Virus record (IMG/VR): IMGVR_UViG_3300032285_001531
Length of the DNA stretch: 64,000 nt
Direction: 5' to 3' (one strand)
Origin: a virus
Lineage: Duplodnaviria > Caudoviricetes
The position numbers were made by a program, and so were the translations under genes. Positions 29,480-38,036 of this stretch are shown here, piece after piece; within the stretch, counting starts at the first letter, position 1, and every line of letters begins with the position of its first letter. Under the pieces are notes generated by a model. The model was not told where the DNA came from. It searched no databases and saw only the letters and a program-made list of their open reading frames with translations.

Positions 29480-30616
29480 ATGGGACGTCCTTTAAAAATT
29501 ATCAAAGAAAACGCATCAGCAAGCCCAAGTGGAAAAATTGATGCAGGTTATCCAAATAACGGAACAACCAATAATGGATTCAGTAGAAGCTATCCAGGTA
29601 TTCTCGGCGGATCAATTCCAACATTTAACGATTCAGATCAAGTTGAAGCTAGTGTAGCTATTGAGAAAAAACAATATGGTACAATAGTTGCATCAACTGC
29701 ACATACTTGTGTAAGCGGTTTCGGCACTGCATTTAGCAGTGTACTGTCAGTAGGTAGTTCAGTTTATGCTGACGGTATTTCCGCTGCAATTGGAACAGTT
29801 AATACATTAAATGCAAATGCATCAGACACAGCAACAGCAACAACTGCATCAAATGATCGTATCACTGTAACAGCTAGTGCGCAGTTCGTAGTAGGCGGTT
29901 CGGTAACTGTTGCCGCAAATATTGGTAATCTAGTTGCAGGAACAGTGTATTATGTATATGATTTACCAACTTCAACAACATTACGTGTTAGTTCTACACC
30001 TGATCTAGCATCTATATTCCAGTTAGCTGATACTACATTACAATCAGTAGCAATAACTCAAACACAAACATTGACTTTAGACGCAGTTTCAACTGCATCA
30101 GTTACACGTAGTGTTTGGACCAGCTCTACTCCTGAAAGTAATAATGGTTATATTGTTCGTCAAAAGGGTAAGAGAAAATTCTTAGTTGTTGCTAAAACAG
30201 CAATTCAGGATGAGTTCATTGCTCAAGGCGGAAGCTACATGATCGTTTCAGTTAGTAATACCAACTGGGAAGCATTAGGAGCAGGAGCAGATGCAACAGC
30301 AGGTAAAATATTCACTGCAATTAAAGATGGAACCGGTCTAACAACTAATGGAACTGTTTACGCAGTTGGTGTGTGTTTATTATCAAACGTTGCTGATGGA
30401 AGTTTAACTAGAAATCAAATGAACTTAAATCTAAACAAGGCAAGTGGTCCAGATGTATTTGCATCTTCAGTATCAGATCATTTTGCAGTTGATTTCACTG
30501 ATAACGGAACTGATGAAAATGCAGGAACTAAGTTTATTGCAACACTAAATGGTGCAAGCAATACTCCAGATCCAGCAACAGGTCTCATCTCTGTCGCAGT
30601 AGATAACTATTGCTAA
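29480..30616 (+). CDS. Conserved virion structural protein
   Basis: MGRPLK start, YIVRQKGKRKFLV motif, T/S/A-rich; late promoter and terminator flank it. Confidence 0.6.
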   Translation: MGRPLKIIKENASASPSGKIDAGYPNNGTTNNGFSRSYPGILGGSIPTFNDSDQVEASVAIEKKQYGTIVASTAHTCVSGFGTAFSSVLSVGSSVYADGISAAIGTVNTLNANASDTATATTASNDRITVTASAQFVVGGSVTVAANIGNLVAGTVYYVYDLPTSTTLRVSSTPDLASIFQLADTTLQSVAITQTQTLTLDAVSTASVTRSVWTSSTPESNNGYIVRQKGKRKFLVVAKTAIQDEFIAQGGSYMIVSVSNTNWEALGAGADATAGKIFTAIKDGTGLTTNGTVYAVGVCLLSNVADGSLTRNQMNLNLNKASGPDVFASSVSDHFAVDFTDNGTDENAGTKFIATLNGASNTPDPATGLISVAVDNYC

Positions 30617-30632
30617 TCAATTTCTAGCAAAT

Positions 30633-30660
30633 AAAAAAGCCGCACTATGCGGCTTTTTTT
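30633..30660. terminator. Bidirectional intrinsic terminator
   Basis: AAAAAAGCCGC-ACTAT-GCGGCTTTTTTT between convergent genes; overlaps the Nudix stop codon. Confidence 0.9.
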
Positions 30661-31067
30661 ATAAGTGTTTCTAGTTTATCTTTTACTACGTCAAAGTTAA
30701 TTGTGTTAAACAATCCAGGATGTAATGGCTTTGGATAGTTATGTACATCAACCCAGCAATAACCTATGTGTTCATCATTTAATACTGGTAAGAATTCATT
30801 TTCTACACTACAGAAGAATGTATGATATGTAAACGTATTGTTTACAAACTTTTGAATTGGTATTAACTTAGCGTCTTTAGGAAAATAGTCTATTTCTTCA
30901 ATACATTCACGTTCAAGACCTTGTATTAATGTCTCTCCGTTTTCTATTTTCCCACCAGGTATGCCCCAAAATGTAGTACTCTTGTTGTCATTGCGTAATA
31001 AGAACAAGAATCTGTTTGTAGATGCAGAATGATAAAATATTCCAGCAGATATGTTTTGCGCTTTCAT
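30645..31067 (-). CDS. Nudix hydrolase
   Basis: Nudix box GGKIENGETLIQGLERECIEEI. Confidence 0.88.
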   Translation of the reverse strand: MKAQNISAGIFYHSASTNRFLFLLRNDNKSTTFWGIPGGKIENGETLIQGLERECIEEIDYFPKDAKLIPIQKFVNNTFTYHTFFCSVENEFLPVLNDEHIGYCWVDVHNYPKPLHPGLFNTINFDVVKDKLETLIKKAA

Positions 31068-31085
31068 ATAGTAATTTATCTCAGA

Positions 31086-32459
31086 TTAAATCACTACGCT
31101 AAAATCTCCCGCTTCATACCAACCTTCCCATGATTTCATCCATGTACCAGTATAACGATACTGAACACCAGTAGTTAAATTAGTTACGTATTGAGTGCTA
31201 GTTAAGTTAGTACTATCAAAGCTAACAAACCATGCACCTGACATAGAATCATATTCAATAATATCATTTGCTTTTGCTTTTAATGTTCCCCATGCACTAG
31301 TAGGATCATATGAGTATGTACTATCAATACTTTCAACTATTAAGTATCGTTGACCATTTGCTGGCAATGGTAAATTGTTACCTGGACTCTTAGCAAGTGG
31401 ATTAACTACACTATCAACTGCTGGTAACGTGTTTTGTGGTAATGTATCCGGGTCAATGTTAAAGATTAATAATCTATCGTCATTGGGATTGAATGCAATC
31501 GTACCTACAATCTCTGTTTCCATATATGGATTTTGTAACCATATTTGACTGATGCCAGGTCTTACTTTTCCATACACGTTTAAAAATGCAGACCAATGCA
31601 CATTAGTGTCAGGATTGGTTGGTAATTCTAAACTTTCATTGTTAGGAGTAAACGCAGTTCCGTCTGGTAACACTTGTAATGAGTTACCTAATAATAATAA
31701 CTTATATCCATAAGGAGTAATCTTTTGTCTTGTTCCTAATAGCATGTCATCATCTTGCATATCTGTAAGAGCGTTCCCCTGAAATATACTTGCGATAATC
31801 TTGTAAATAACACCAAGCTTTTTGACTTTAGCACTGCTACTAATCCATATAGGCATGTAGAATGTCCATGTCATAACATCAATAGGGTTTCCTGATCCGA
31901 TTGGTATTGTACGTGAACTAAATGTAAGTTTATCTTGATACACAACACTTAATGAAGTCCAGTCAATGAAGTTATCAGTACTTTGAATTTCCATTGCAGG
32001 ATTGAATAACACACCTAATTGTTCTAATAACTCTAATTTCTGATTATAGTTTGTTGTCCAAAAATCAACTGTGATACGCAATGTATACGGAACAGGCATG
32101 ATACGTTCAACTGTGAATGCATCGCCTTGTGTGGTTTCAAATTGTTGAGTGTCTACATTAAATGTTCTACGTCTTACTGCTAGATTATCTACAAAATATG
32201 GTTCTTGTGTTCTGCTTTGATCATATTCTAAACCTGAGATATAATACGTAATCATAGGTGCGCTAGGTAAACTACTAGGACTGTTATTGCCTATGACTGT
32301 AGATACCATTCTGCTTTGATCACCATACTGAATAGGTACACGCACTAATATATCATTGCCCGCTGGATCTTTGCCTTTGGTTACATACCAATTGCTGAAA
32401 ATTCTAGCGAACTGAACCAAAAATCTACGTATTTGGTTATCATAAAAAAACTTTGCCAT
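31086..32459 (-). CDS. gp15: Tail terminator/sheath stabiliser (gp15-like) with C-terminal extension
   Basis: FFYDNQIRRFLVQFARIFSN...VRVPIQYG ~ T4 gp15 YFYNSSFRRY...IRVPITYA. Confidence 0.72.
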   Translation of the reverse strand: MAKFFYDNQIRRFLVQFARIFSNWYVTKGKDPAGNDILVRVPIQYGDQSRMVSTVIGNNSPSSLPSAPMITYYISGLEYDQSRTQEPYFVDNLAVRRRTFNVDTQQFETTQGDAFTVERIMPVPYTLRITVDFWTTNYNQKLELLEQLGVLFNPAMEIQSTDNFIDWTSLSVVYQDKLTFSSRTIPIGSGNPIDVMTWTFYMPIWISSSAKVKKLGVIYKIIASIFQGNALTDMQDDDMLLGTRQKITPYGYKLLLLGNSLQVLPDGTAFTPNNESLELPTNPDTNVHWSAFLNVYGKVRPGISQIWLQNPYMETEIVGTIAFNPNDDRLLIFNIDPDTLPQNTLPAVDSVVNPLAKSPGNNLPLPANGQRYLIVESIDSTYSYDPTSAWGTLKAKANDIIEYDSMSGAWFVSFDSTNLTSTQYVTNLTTGVQYRYTGTWMKSWEGWYEAGDFSVVI

Positions 32460-32467
32460 TTTATTCC

Positions 32468-34105
32468 TTAATCAGGTGTAATTCTTAAAATACTTGATAG
32501 TGGTTGTTGTTGCGGTATATCACCATTATTTGTTTGTGTAATATTGTTATTATTAATAAAGCCTGACAATTGAGATTGATTAGAACTATCAAAGCCGAAG
32601 CCTGTTCTTACGTTCTCACTTATCTTGACCCATAAGCTACCGTCCCATCTAAACAGTTGTTGCGGTAAATAATCAATGCGCAATACATATTGACCTAATG
32701 TTGGATTAGGCGGGAATGTAATTGCTGATGTAACTGGCTCACCATTAGGTGCTTGACCAGTACCTACTAAGTATCCATCTAAATAACCGAAACTTTGTGG
32801 ACTACTTCTTACAATAAATCTAAATCTAGGATCACAGTCTGCTCTGTAATCCATATCAGGATTAATCAATGTCTTATCAAAGTCAGGTGTACTAGGATCA
32901 GCATCACTGAATGCGTATGTATTATCTGAGGTACCGAATGGAACTGTAACAGGACCAAATGCTTTTACTGCAAGAACTAATGTTGGTTCAATTGATCCTG
33001 AACCTGTGTCTGTTCTTTCTAACTCCAACTCAGCAACTTCCATGTTCAATTGAATGAAAGCTTTGATATCTTCTAAATTCAAATCTCTACTTTCTAACTC
33101 TGCTAGTGCTGCTGCAGTGATACGTAATATAGGACTAGGATTAAAGCCTGCTGGTTGTATAACTTCTAATGTACCAGTTACTGGGGCTCCGTTATAAACA
33201 ACTACACTTACAGGGAGTGCAGGTTTGTCACCTTCAGTAGGTAATACATATAATTGACTTCTATCGTAACCTGTTAGAGGTACAAGGCGTGCAGCTTCAG
33301 CTATTGCAGCATCATTGATTTGTATATTCTTATTGTATCTACTGATAATGTCTTTTAAGCTATCTCCCACTTCTAATGTCCAATACTCAGGGTCAGTACA
33401 AGGGATGCCTGCCGGTACATCTTTGATAGGTGTATAAATCTTATCACCGTATGTCACTGTATATCCAGGAACATATGATTTTGTTTTGTCCCAATCACCT
33501 AAGTAGTTATCCTTATTGATTGGTTGCTCTAATATATTACTGAATTCTTGACTATCAACTAATGGCTCACACTTGATTCTCCATAGATGCGGATACCATG
33601 TTTGACTGAACCCTTCACTAGCATAGTTTGAATCAGTTATTTGATAATATCTACGTAATGAAGTTGGTAATTTGTCGTTTAGTGGATGATAGTCGGTCAA
33701 GTGGGGCAACTCTAATACGTCCCCAACCATTAACTTACGACCAATCAAGTCTATCATGTTGTTATAATGAACAGTAATGAATATAATATCGTTGTTTAGG
33801 AACAATCCAAATTGACTTAAATCAAAATCTAAATTCTGTACGTTATAATGACCGCGGATTCTGTAGATATCAGGAGCGTATTTTCTGTCACGATTTTCTA
33901 AGAATAGTAAATCTTGTATATTTAATGGGCTAAGTTCAGTATATTGTGGTTGTGTCAAATCAGTGCTAGGACCTTGATCCTGAGGCCCCAAATACTTGTG
34001 AATATACATGTCGGTTCCACCCACAGTAAACATCTCATAGATTGTTCTATCCATGAATCTATAATCGTTCGTTTTTTCGGGGCGGTATAGTGAAAGTCTT
34101 GGCAT
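32468..34105 (-). CDS. gp14: Neck/head-completion protein (gp14-like) with insertions
   Basis: IQDLLFLENRDRKY, DFDLSQFGLF, GRKLMVGDVLELPH, WYPHLWRIKC; co-transcribed with the gp15-like gene. Confidence 0.65.
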   Translation of the reverse strand: MPRLSLYRPEKTNDYRFMDRTIYEMFTVGGTDMYIHKYLGPQDQGPSTDLTQPQYTELSPLNIQDLLFLENRDRKYAPDIYRIRGHYNVQNLDFDLSQFGLFLNNDIIFITVHYNNMIDLIGRKLMVGDVLELPHLTDYHPLNDKLPTSLRRYYQITDSNYASEGFSQTWYPHLWRIKCEPLVDSQEFSNILEQPINKDNYLGDWDKTKSYVPGYTVTYGDKIYTPIKDVPAGIPCTDPEYWTLEVGDSLKDIISRYNKNIQINDAAIAEAARLVPLTGYDRSQLYVLPTEGDKPALPVSVVVYNGAPVTGTLEVIQPAGFNPSPILRITAAALAELESRDLNLEDIKAFIQLNMEVAELELERTDTGSGSIEPTLVLAVKAFGPVTVPFGTSDNTYAFSDADPSTPDFDKTLINPDMDYRADCDPRFRFIVRSSPQSFGYLDGYLVGTGQAPNGEPVTSAITFPPNPTLGQYVLRIDYLPQQLFRWDGSLWVKISENVRTGFGFDSSNQSQLSGFINNNNITQTNNGDIPQQQPLSSILRITPD

Positions 34106-34169
34106 TGTCTTTTCCGTTATTTAAGTATTTAGTCGGAAAACTGTTACTACTATGATAACTACCATAAGG

Positions 34170-34198
34170 TTGACAGTAAATACCGTGTCTGTTATACT
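34170..34198 (+). promoter_or_regulatory. sigma70 promoter
   Basis: TTGACA (34170-34175), 17-bp spacer, TATACT (34193-34198) with extended -10 TG; SD AAGGAG follows. Confidence 0.82.
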
Positions 34199-34225
34199 GA
34201 CATTTCATTAATAAAAGGAGTAACA

Positions 34226-35428
34226 ATGTCCCGCAAGTCGAAACATAATGACGGAGCAATGATTAAAGCACTAAATCCAAAGGATCCTGACACAAAATAT
34301 ACAGGGGAAGAGCCGTTTTTTGCAGTACAACCCGATCCTGAGTTCAGGAACAGCGCACTAGCCCGATCATTTAGTTGGTATACACGATATTATGGTCGTA
34401 AAGAGGGCAAAGAACTTTACATTCAATATTTGGAATTGAATGATAGAAAAGCCGATGCTAAGATTATGGCAAAAGCCCCTGATAGTGAAATTCTCACTAC
34501 ATTGTGTTGGTTAGCACGTATGACATTGCGTGGTCTACAATTAAATGACCATGAAGAACTTACACTACAAAACGAAATCAGTCGTTTATTATTATGTGTA
34601 AGTAAACCAGAAACTATTTTTAAATCAGGACTTACTCCACTAGTAATTGAAGAGGTAGAAGAAGAAAAGAAAGAAAGTACTCGCCCTAATGTACAAGAAA
34701 TTATGCGTGACAAAGCACGTGAAGCAGCAGGTGAGATTGAAGGGTTGTTTGATGATTTTATAGTAGCAGGCGTAAAAGGTTATTTACCAGGAAAGCCTGT
34801 TGATGTACTCAGCAAATACAACATTCTACCGCAGCATATTCCAATCATATTGAGTACTTGGAAAGAACGTTTAGTTGAAATAAGTGATACTATTGAAGGC
34901 AAAGACCCTCAACTAGTTGAAGCTTATAGCAATTTAACTAAAGTTCAATTAAAGAACATGCTCAAATGCATAGACCAAGTTATCAATGATCTTAATAGTT
35001 ATATTAGTGTTAAAAAAGCATCAAAAACTCCACGTAAACGTAAGCCAGTTCCGGTTGAAAAAATTGTTGCTAAACTCAAGTATCTTAAAGAGTTTAAAGA
35101 CGATGCTGCTAAACTTGATTTAGTAAGTATGCATCCAACCAAAATACATGGCGCAAGTGAAGCCTGGGTGTATGATACTGCTAAGCGCAAACTTCATCAC
35201 TATATTGCGGATGAGTACAGCAAAACATTTACAGTTAAGGGCAACAATCTTATAGGATTTGACAATTCACAAAGTGAGGTCAAAACACTGCGTAAACCCG
35301 CAGAGCAGTTGAAAGAAATTATGGGCAGCAAACCTGCAGCACGTAAATTCTTTAAGGACATTAAAGCAACTAGTGTAACACCAAATGGTCGCTTTAATGA
35401 AAACATGATTATTTTAAAGGCATTCTAA
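34226..35428 (+). CDS. Conserved hypothetical early protein
   Basis: 400-aa ORF under a sigma70 promoter; no motif recognised. Confidence 0.75.
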   Translation: MSRKSKHNDGAMIKALNPKDPDTKYTGEEPFFAVQPDPEFRNSALARSFSWYTRYYGRKEGKELYIQYLELNDRKADAKIMAKAPDSEILTTLCWLARMTLRGLQLNDHEELTLQNEISRLLLCVSKPETIFKSGLTPLVIEEVEEEKKESTRPNVQEIMRDKAREAAGEIEGLFDDFIVAGVKGYLPGKPVDVLSKYNILPQHIPIILSTWKERLVEISDTIEGKDPQLVEAYSNLTKVQLKNMLKCIDQVINDLNSYISVKKASKTPRKRKPVPVEKIVAKLKYLKEFKDDAAKLDLVSMHPTKIHGASEAWVYDTAKRKLHHYIADEYSKTFTVKGNNLIGFDNSQSEVKTLRKPAEQLKEIMGSKPAARKFFKDIKATSVTPNGRFNENMIILKAF

Positions 35429-35429
35429 T

Positions 35430-35621
35430 ATGATTAAATTTTATACTTGGTTCACCAATAACCGTCACACGATTGGTCTCGTTATAGGCGTATTGAATAT
35501 TATGGCAGGATTAGGTAATTTACTAATCGGCGGATTATTAACTGCGGTACTTCAACTTTCAGCAGGTGCGATAATTTTAGTTGATGCGTGGTTTTTAGGA
35601 CAACGTAATGAAGAACATTGA
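35430..35621 (+). CDS. Small membrane protein (two hydrophobic helices)
   Basis: IGLVIGVLNIMAGLG and LLTAVLQLSAGAIILVDAWFL. Confidence 0.6.
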   Translation: MIKFYTWFTNNRHTIGLVIGVLNIMAGLGNLLIGGLLTAVLQLSAGAIILVDAWFLGQRNEEH

Positions 35622-36051
35622 TTTAAACAGATACTCAGACTTTGTGGGTGCTGTCACTAGTATGCCATCAAAAGACCTAACTACTTTTATGAGTACATTA
35701 GACCGTCTAGATGCAAACTATGAATTATTTGATGGCGAAATGAAGCATGGTCCTGACGTAAACTTACCCTTATTAATTACAGCATGTATGGGTCTAGCGG
35801 CAGAAAGCGGAGAATTTATTGAGATTCCTAAGAAGATAATTTTTCAAGGCAAAGCACTAACCGATGAAAACGTGTTTCATATGAAGCGTGAACTCGGTGA
35901 TGTTATGTGGTACTGGATCAATGCTTGTAGGGCGCTTGGTCTAGATCCAAATGATGTTATTGCAGAAAACGTAAAGAAACTAGAATCACGTTATCCTAGT
36001 GGATCATTCGATCCATTCTACTCAGAAAATCGCAAAGAGGGCGATCTATAG
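35608..36051 (+). CDS. mazG: MazG-like NTP pyrophosphohydrolase
   Basis: GLAAESGEFIEIPKK, ELGDVMWY, ENVKKLESRY. Confidence 0.85.
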   Translation: MKNIDLNRYSDFVGAVTSMPSKDLTTFMSTLDRLDANYELFDGEMKHGPDVNLPLLITACMGLAAESGEFIEIPKKIIFQGKALTDENVFHMKRELGDVMWYWINACRALGLDPNDVIAENVKKLESRYPSGSFDPFYSENRKEGDL

Positions 36052-36059
36052 TATCCATG

Positions 36060-36090
36060 GTTCTCCGTATAAATAGATTATATGGAGAAC
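36060..36090 (+). promoter_or_regulatory. T4-type late promoter inside an SD-sequestering hairpin
   Basis: TATAAATA at 36068-36075 lies within the 12-bp stem GTTCTCCGTATA/TATATGGAGAAC that covers GGAG. Confidence 0.8.
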
Positions 36091-36094
36091 ACAC

Positions 36095-36883
36095 ATGGCA
36101 TCAGCAATAGCAAATCCAGCACCGTCTGCTTATAATTTAGACCAACTAAAAGAGAATCTGTTTCAAGACTTGCGTTATCGTTTAGGTGACGGAATTGTTG
36201 ATGTAGAATTGGATCCTGTACATTTTGAAGCAGCATATCGCTATGCAGTTAAAATATATCGCCAACGTGCGCAGAACTCTACAGCAGAAAGCTACACATT
36301 GATGGAAATACATGAGCATACTGATACGTATACTCTTCCCGCAGAATTCATCAATGTAAGACAAGTTTTCCGTCGTACTGTTGGTCTTGAAACAGGCCCA
36401 TCATCAAGCAGTTTTGATCCATTCAGTAGTGCAATTCTAAACACATATCTGTTAAACTATAACTATGCAGGAGGTCTTGCAACATATGACTTCTACGCTG
36501 GTTATATTGAATTAGCAGCACGTATGTTTGGTGGCTATGTCATTTATACATTCGATCCTGTAACTAAATTACTACGTTTAGTGCGTGATCCTAAAGCAAG
36601 TGGGGAAAAGATATTGATTTGGGCTGACGTTCAACGACCAGAAGAAGTATTATTACAAGATCCAGGTGCTGGTGTATGGCTGGGTGACTGGACACTCAGT
36701 CAATTAAAATTAACCTTAGGTGAAGCACGTGAAAAGTTTGCTAGTATTGCAGGCCCTGCTGGCGGCACTTCATTGAATGGCTCAGCACTTAAAGCAGAAG
36801 GCAAAGCAATGCAGGATCAATTATTACAAGACCTAAAGAACTTTGTTGATTATAGTCAACCTTATACTTGGGTAATCGGCTAA
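36095..36883 (+). CDS. gp13: Neck protein (gp13-like)
   Basis: YRLGDGIVDVELDPVHF, REKFASIAGPAGGTSLNG. Confidence 0.75.
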   Translation: MASAIANPAPSAYNLDQLKENLFQDLRYRLGDGIVDVELDPVHFEAAYRYAVKIYRQRAQNSTAESYTLMEIHEHTDTYTLPAEFINVRQVFRRTVGLETGPSSSSFDPFSSAILNTYLLNYNYAGGLATYDFYAGYIELAARMFGGYVIYTFDPVTKLLRLVRDPKASGEKILIWADVQRPEEVLLQDPGAGVWLGDWTLSQLKLTLGEAREKFASIAGPAGGTSLNGSALKAEGKAMQDQLLQDLKNFVDYSQPYTWVIG

Positions 36884-36942
36884 CCATAACATTTTTATTC
36901 GTCACTGTTTTGTAATATAATTACAGCATACAAGGAGAACAA

Positions 36943-37572
36943 ATGCTTATCAGCGTTACCGGTTTTATCGGGTCTGGAAAAGACACAGTAGCAAACTATC
37001 TCACTACATTTCATGGTTTCAAAAAAGAATCTTGGGCTGGATCATTAAAAGATGCAGTATCAAATGTCTTTGGTTGGGACAGAGAATTACTTGAAGGCAC
37101 TACCAAATACAGTCGTGAATGGCGAGAACAAGTAGATCCTTGGTGGAGTGAACGTTTAAATATCCCGCATTTAACTCCTAGATGGATACTACAGCAATGG
37201 GGAACAGATGTTTGTCGCAACCATTTTCACACTGATATTTGGGTATCTAGTATTGAAAATAAGTTACGTCAAAGCAAAGATGATATTGTACTCACGGACT
37301 CACGTTTTCCTAACGAGTTAAACACAATCAAAAAACTAGGTGGTATAACAATACGTGTTAATCGTGGTCCTCAACCTGATTGGTATAATGATGCTATTGC
37401 GTCAAATACAGGTCCAAAACATATGACTTGGGCATTGAGTACAGCTAGACTACATAAGCTTGGAATCCACCCTAGTGAATATTCTAGTGTTGGGCTTAAG
37501 TTTGACTATGAGATTGAGAATGATGGAACTATTGATGACCTACATGAGAAGATTAAACAGATAATTGATTAG
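36943..37572 (+). CDS. Deoxynucleoside monophosphate kinase (gp1-like)
   Basis: P-loop GFIGSGKDT, TPRWILQQWGTD, DSRFPNE, HPSE. Confidence 0.88.
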   Translation: MLISVTGFIGSGKDTVANYLTTFHGFKKESWAGSLKDAVSNVFGWDRELLEGTTKYSREWREQVDPWWSERLNIPHLTPRWILQQWGTDVCRNHFHTDIWVSSIENKLRQSKDDIVLTDSRFPNELNTIKKLGGITIRVNRGPQPDWYNDAIASNTGPKHMTWALSTARLHKLGIHPSEYSSVGLKFDYEIENDGTIDDLHEKIKQIID

Positions 37573-37913
37573 TCAACTTCAAGGTCTCCCCTTTTCCATA
37601 TAGTTTCTCTACGCTTGACTACTTCAATACAATTCAAACAGATAGTACGTAGATTAAACAACTCGTTATTGTTAAGATTTCCGTCAATATGAAACACACA
37701 TAATTGACTATCATATGACCTAGTAAACCCGCATATATCACATGTGGGTTTTTTCTTGTACCCTAAACTTTTCCACCTAGGCTCTTTGGGCTTGAGTTTT
37801 TTATTCTTGCGATTACAGTCCTCACACCTGCTGCGATAGTGTCTGACTCCGTCTCTATAATAGTTTGCAGCACAATAATTCTTGTTGCAAATCTTGCAAA
37901 TGGGTCTGTTCAT
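37569..37913 (-). CDS. Small zinc-binding HNH-family protein
   Basis: CxxC pairs plus FHIDGNLNNNELFNLRTICLNC; the final HNH His is replaced. Confidence 0.7.
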   Translation of the reverse strand: MNRPICKICNKNYCAANYYRDGVRHYRSRCEDCNRKNKKLKPKEPRWKSLGYKKKPTCDICGFTRSYDSQLCVFHIDGNLNNNELFNLRTICLNCIEVVKRRETIWKRGDLEVD

Positions 37914-38036
37914 GCTAGTATTTATCGTGGCTCTTCGGGAAGAGTTTTCATTCCCTCATTTTCTAATTTTTATCATAAATAATAACATACACTAGGGCGT
38001 TAACCCTCACAATCATAACATAAAGGAAAAATTAAA

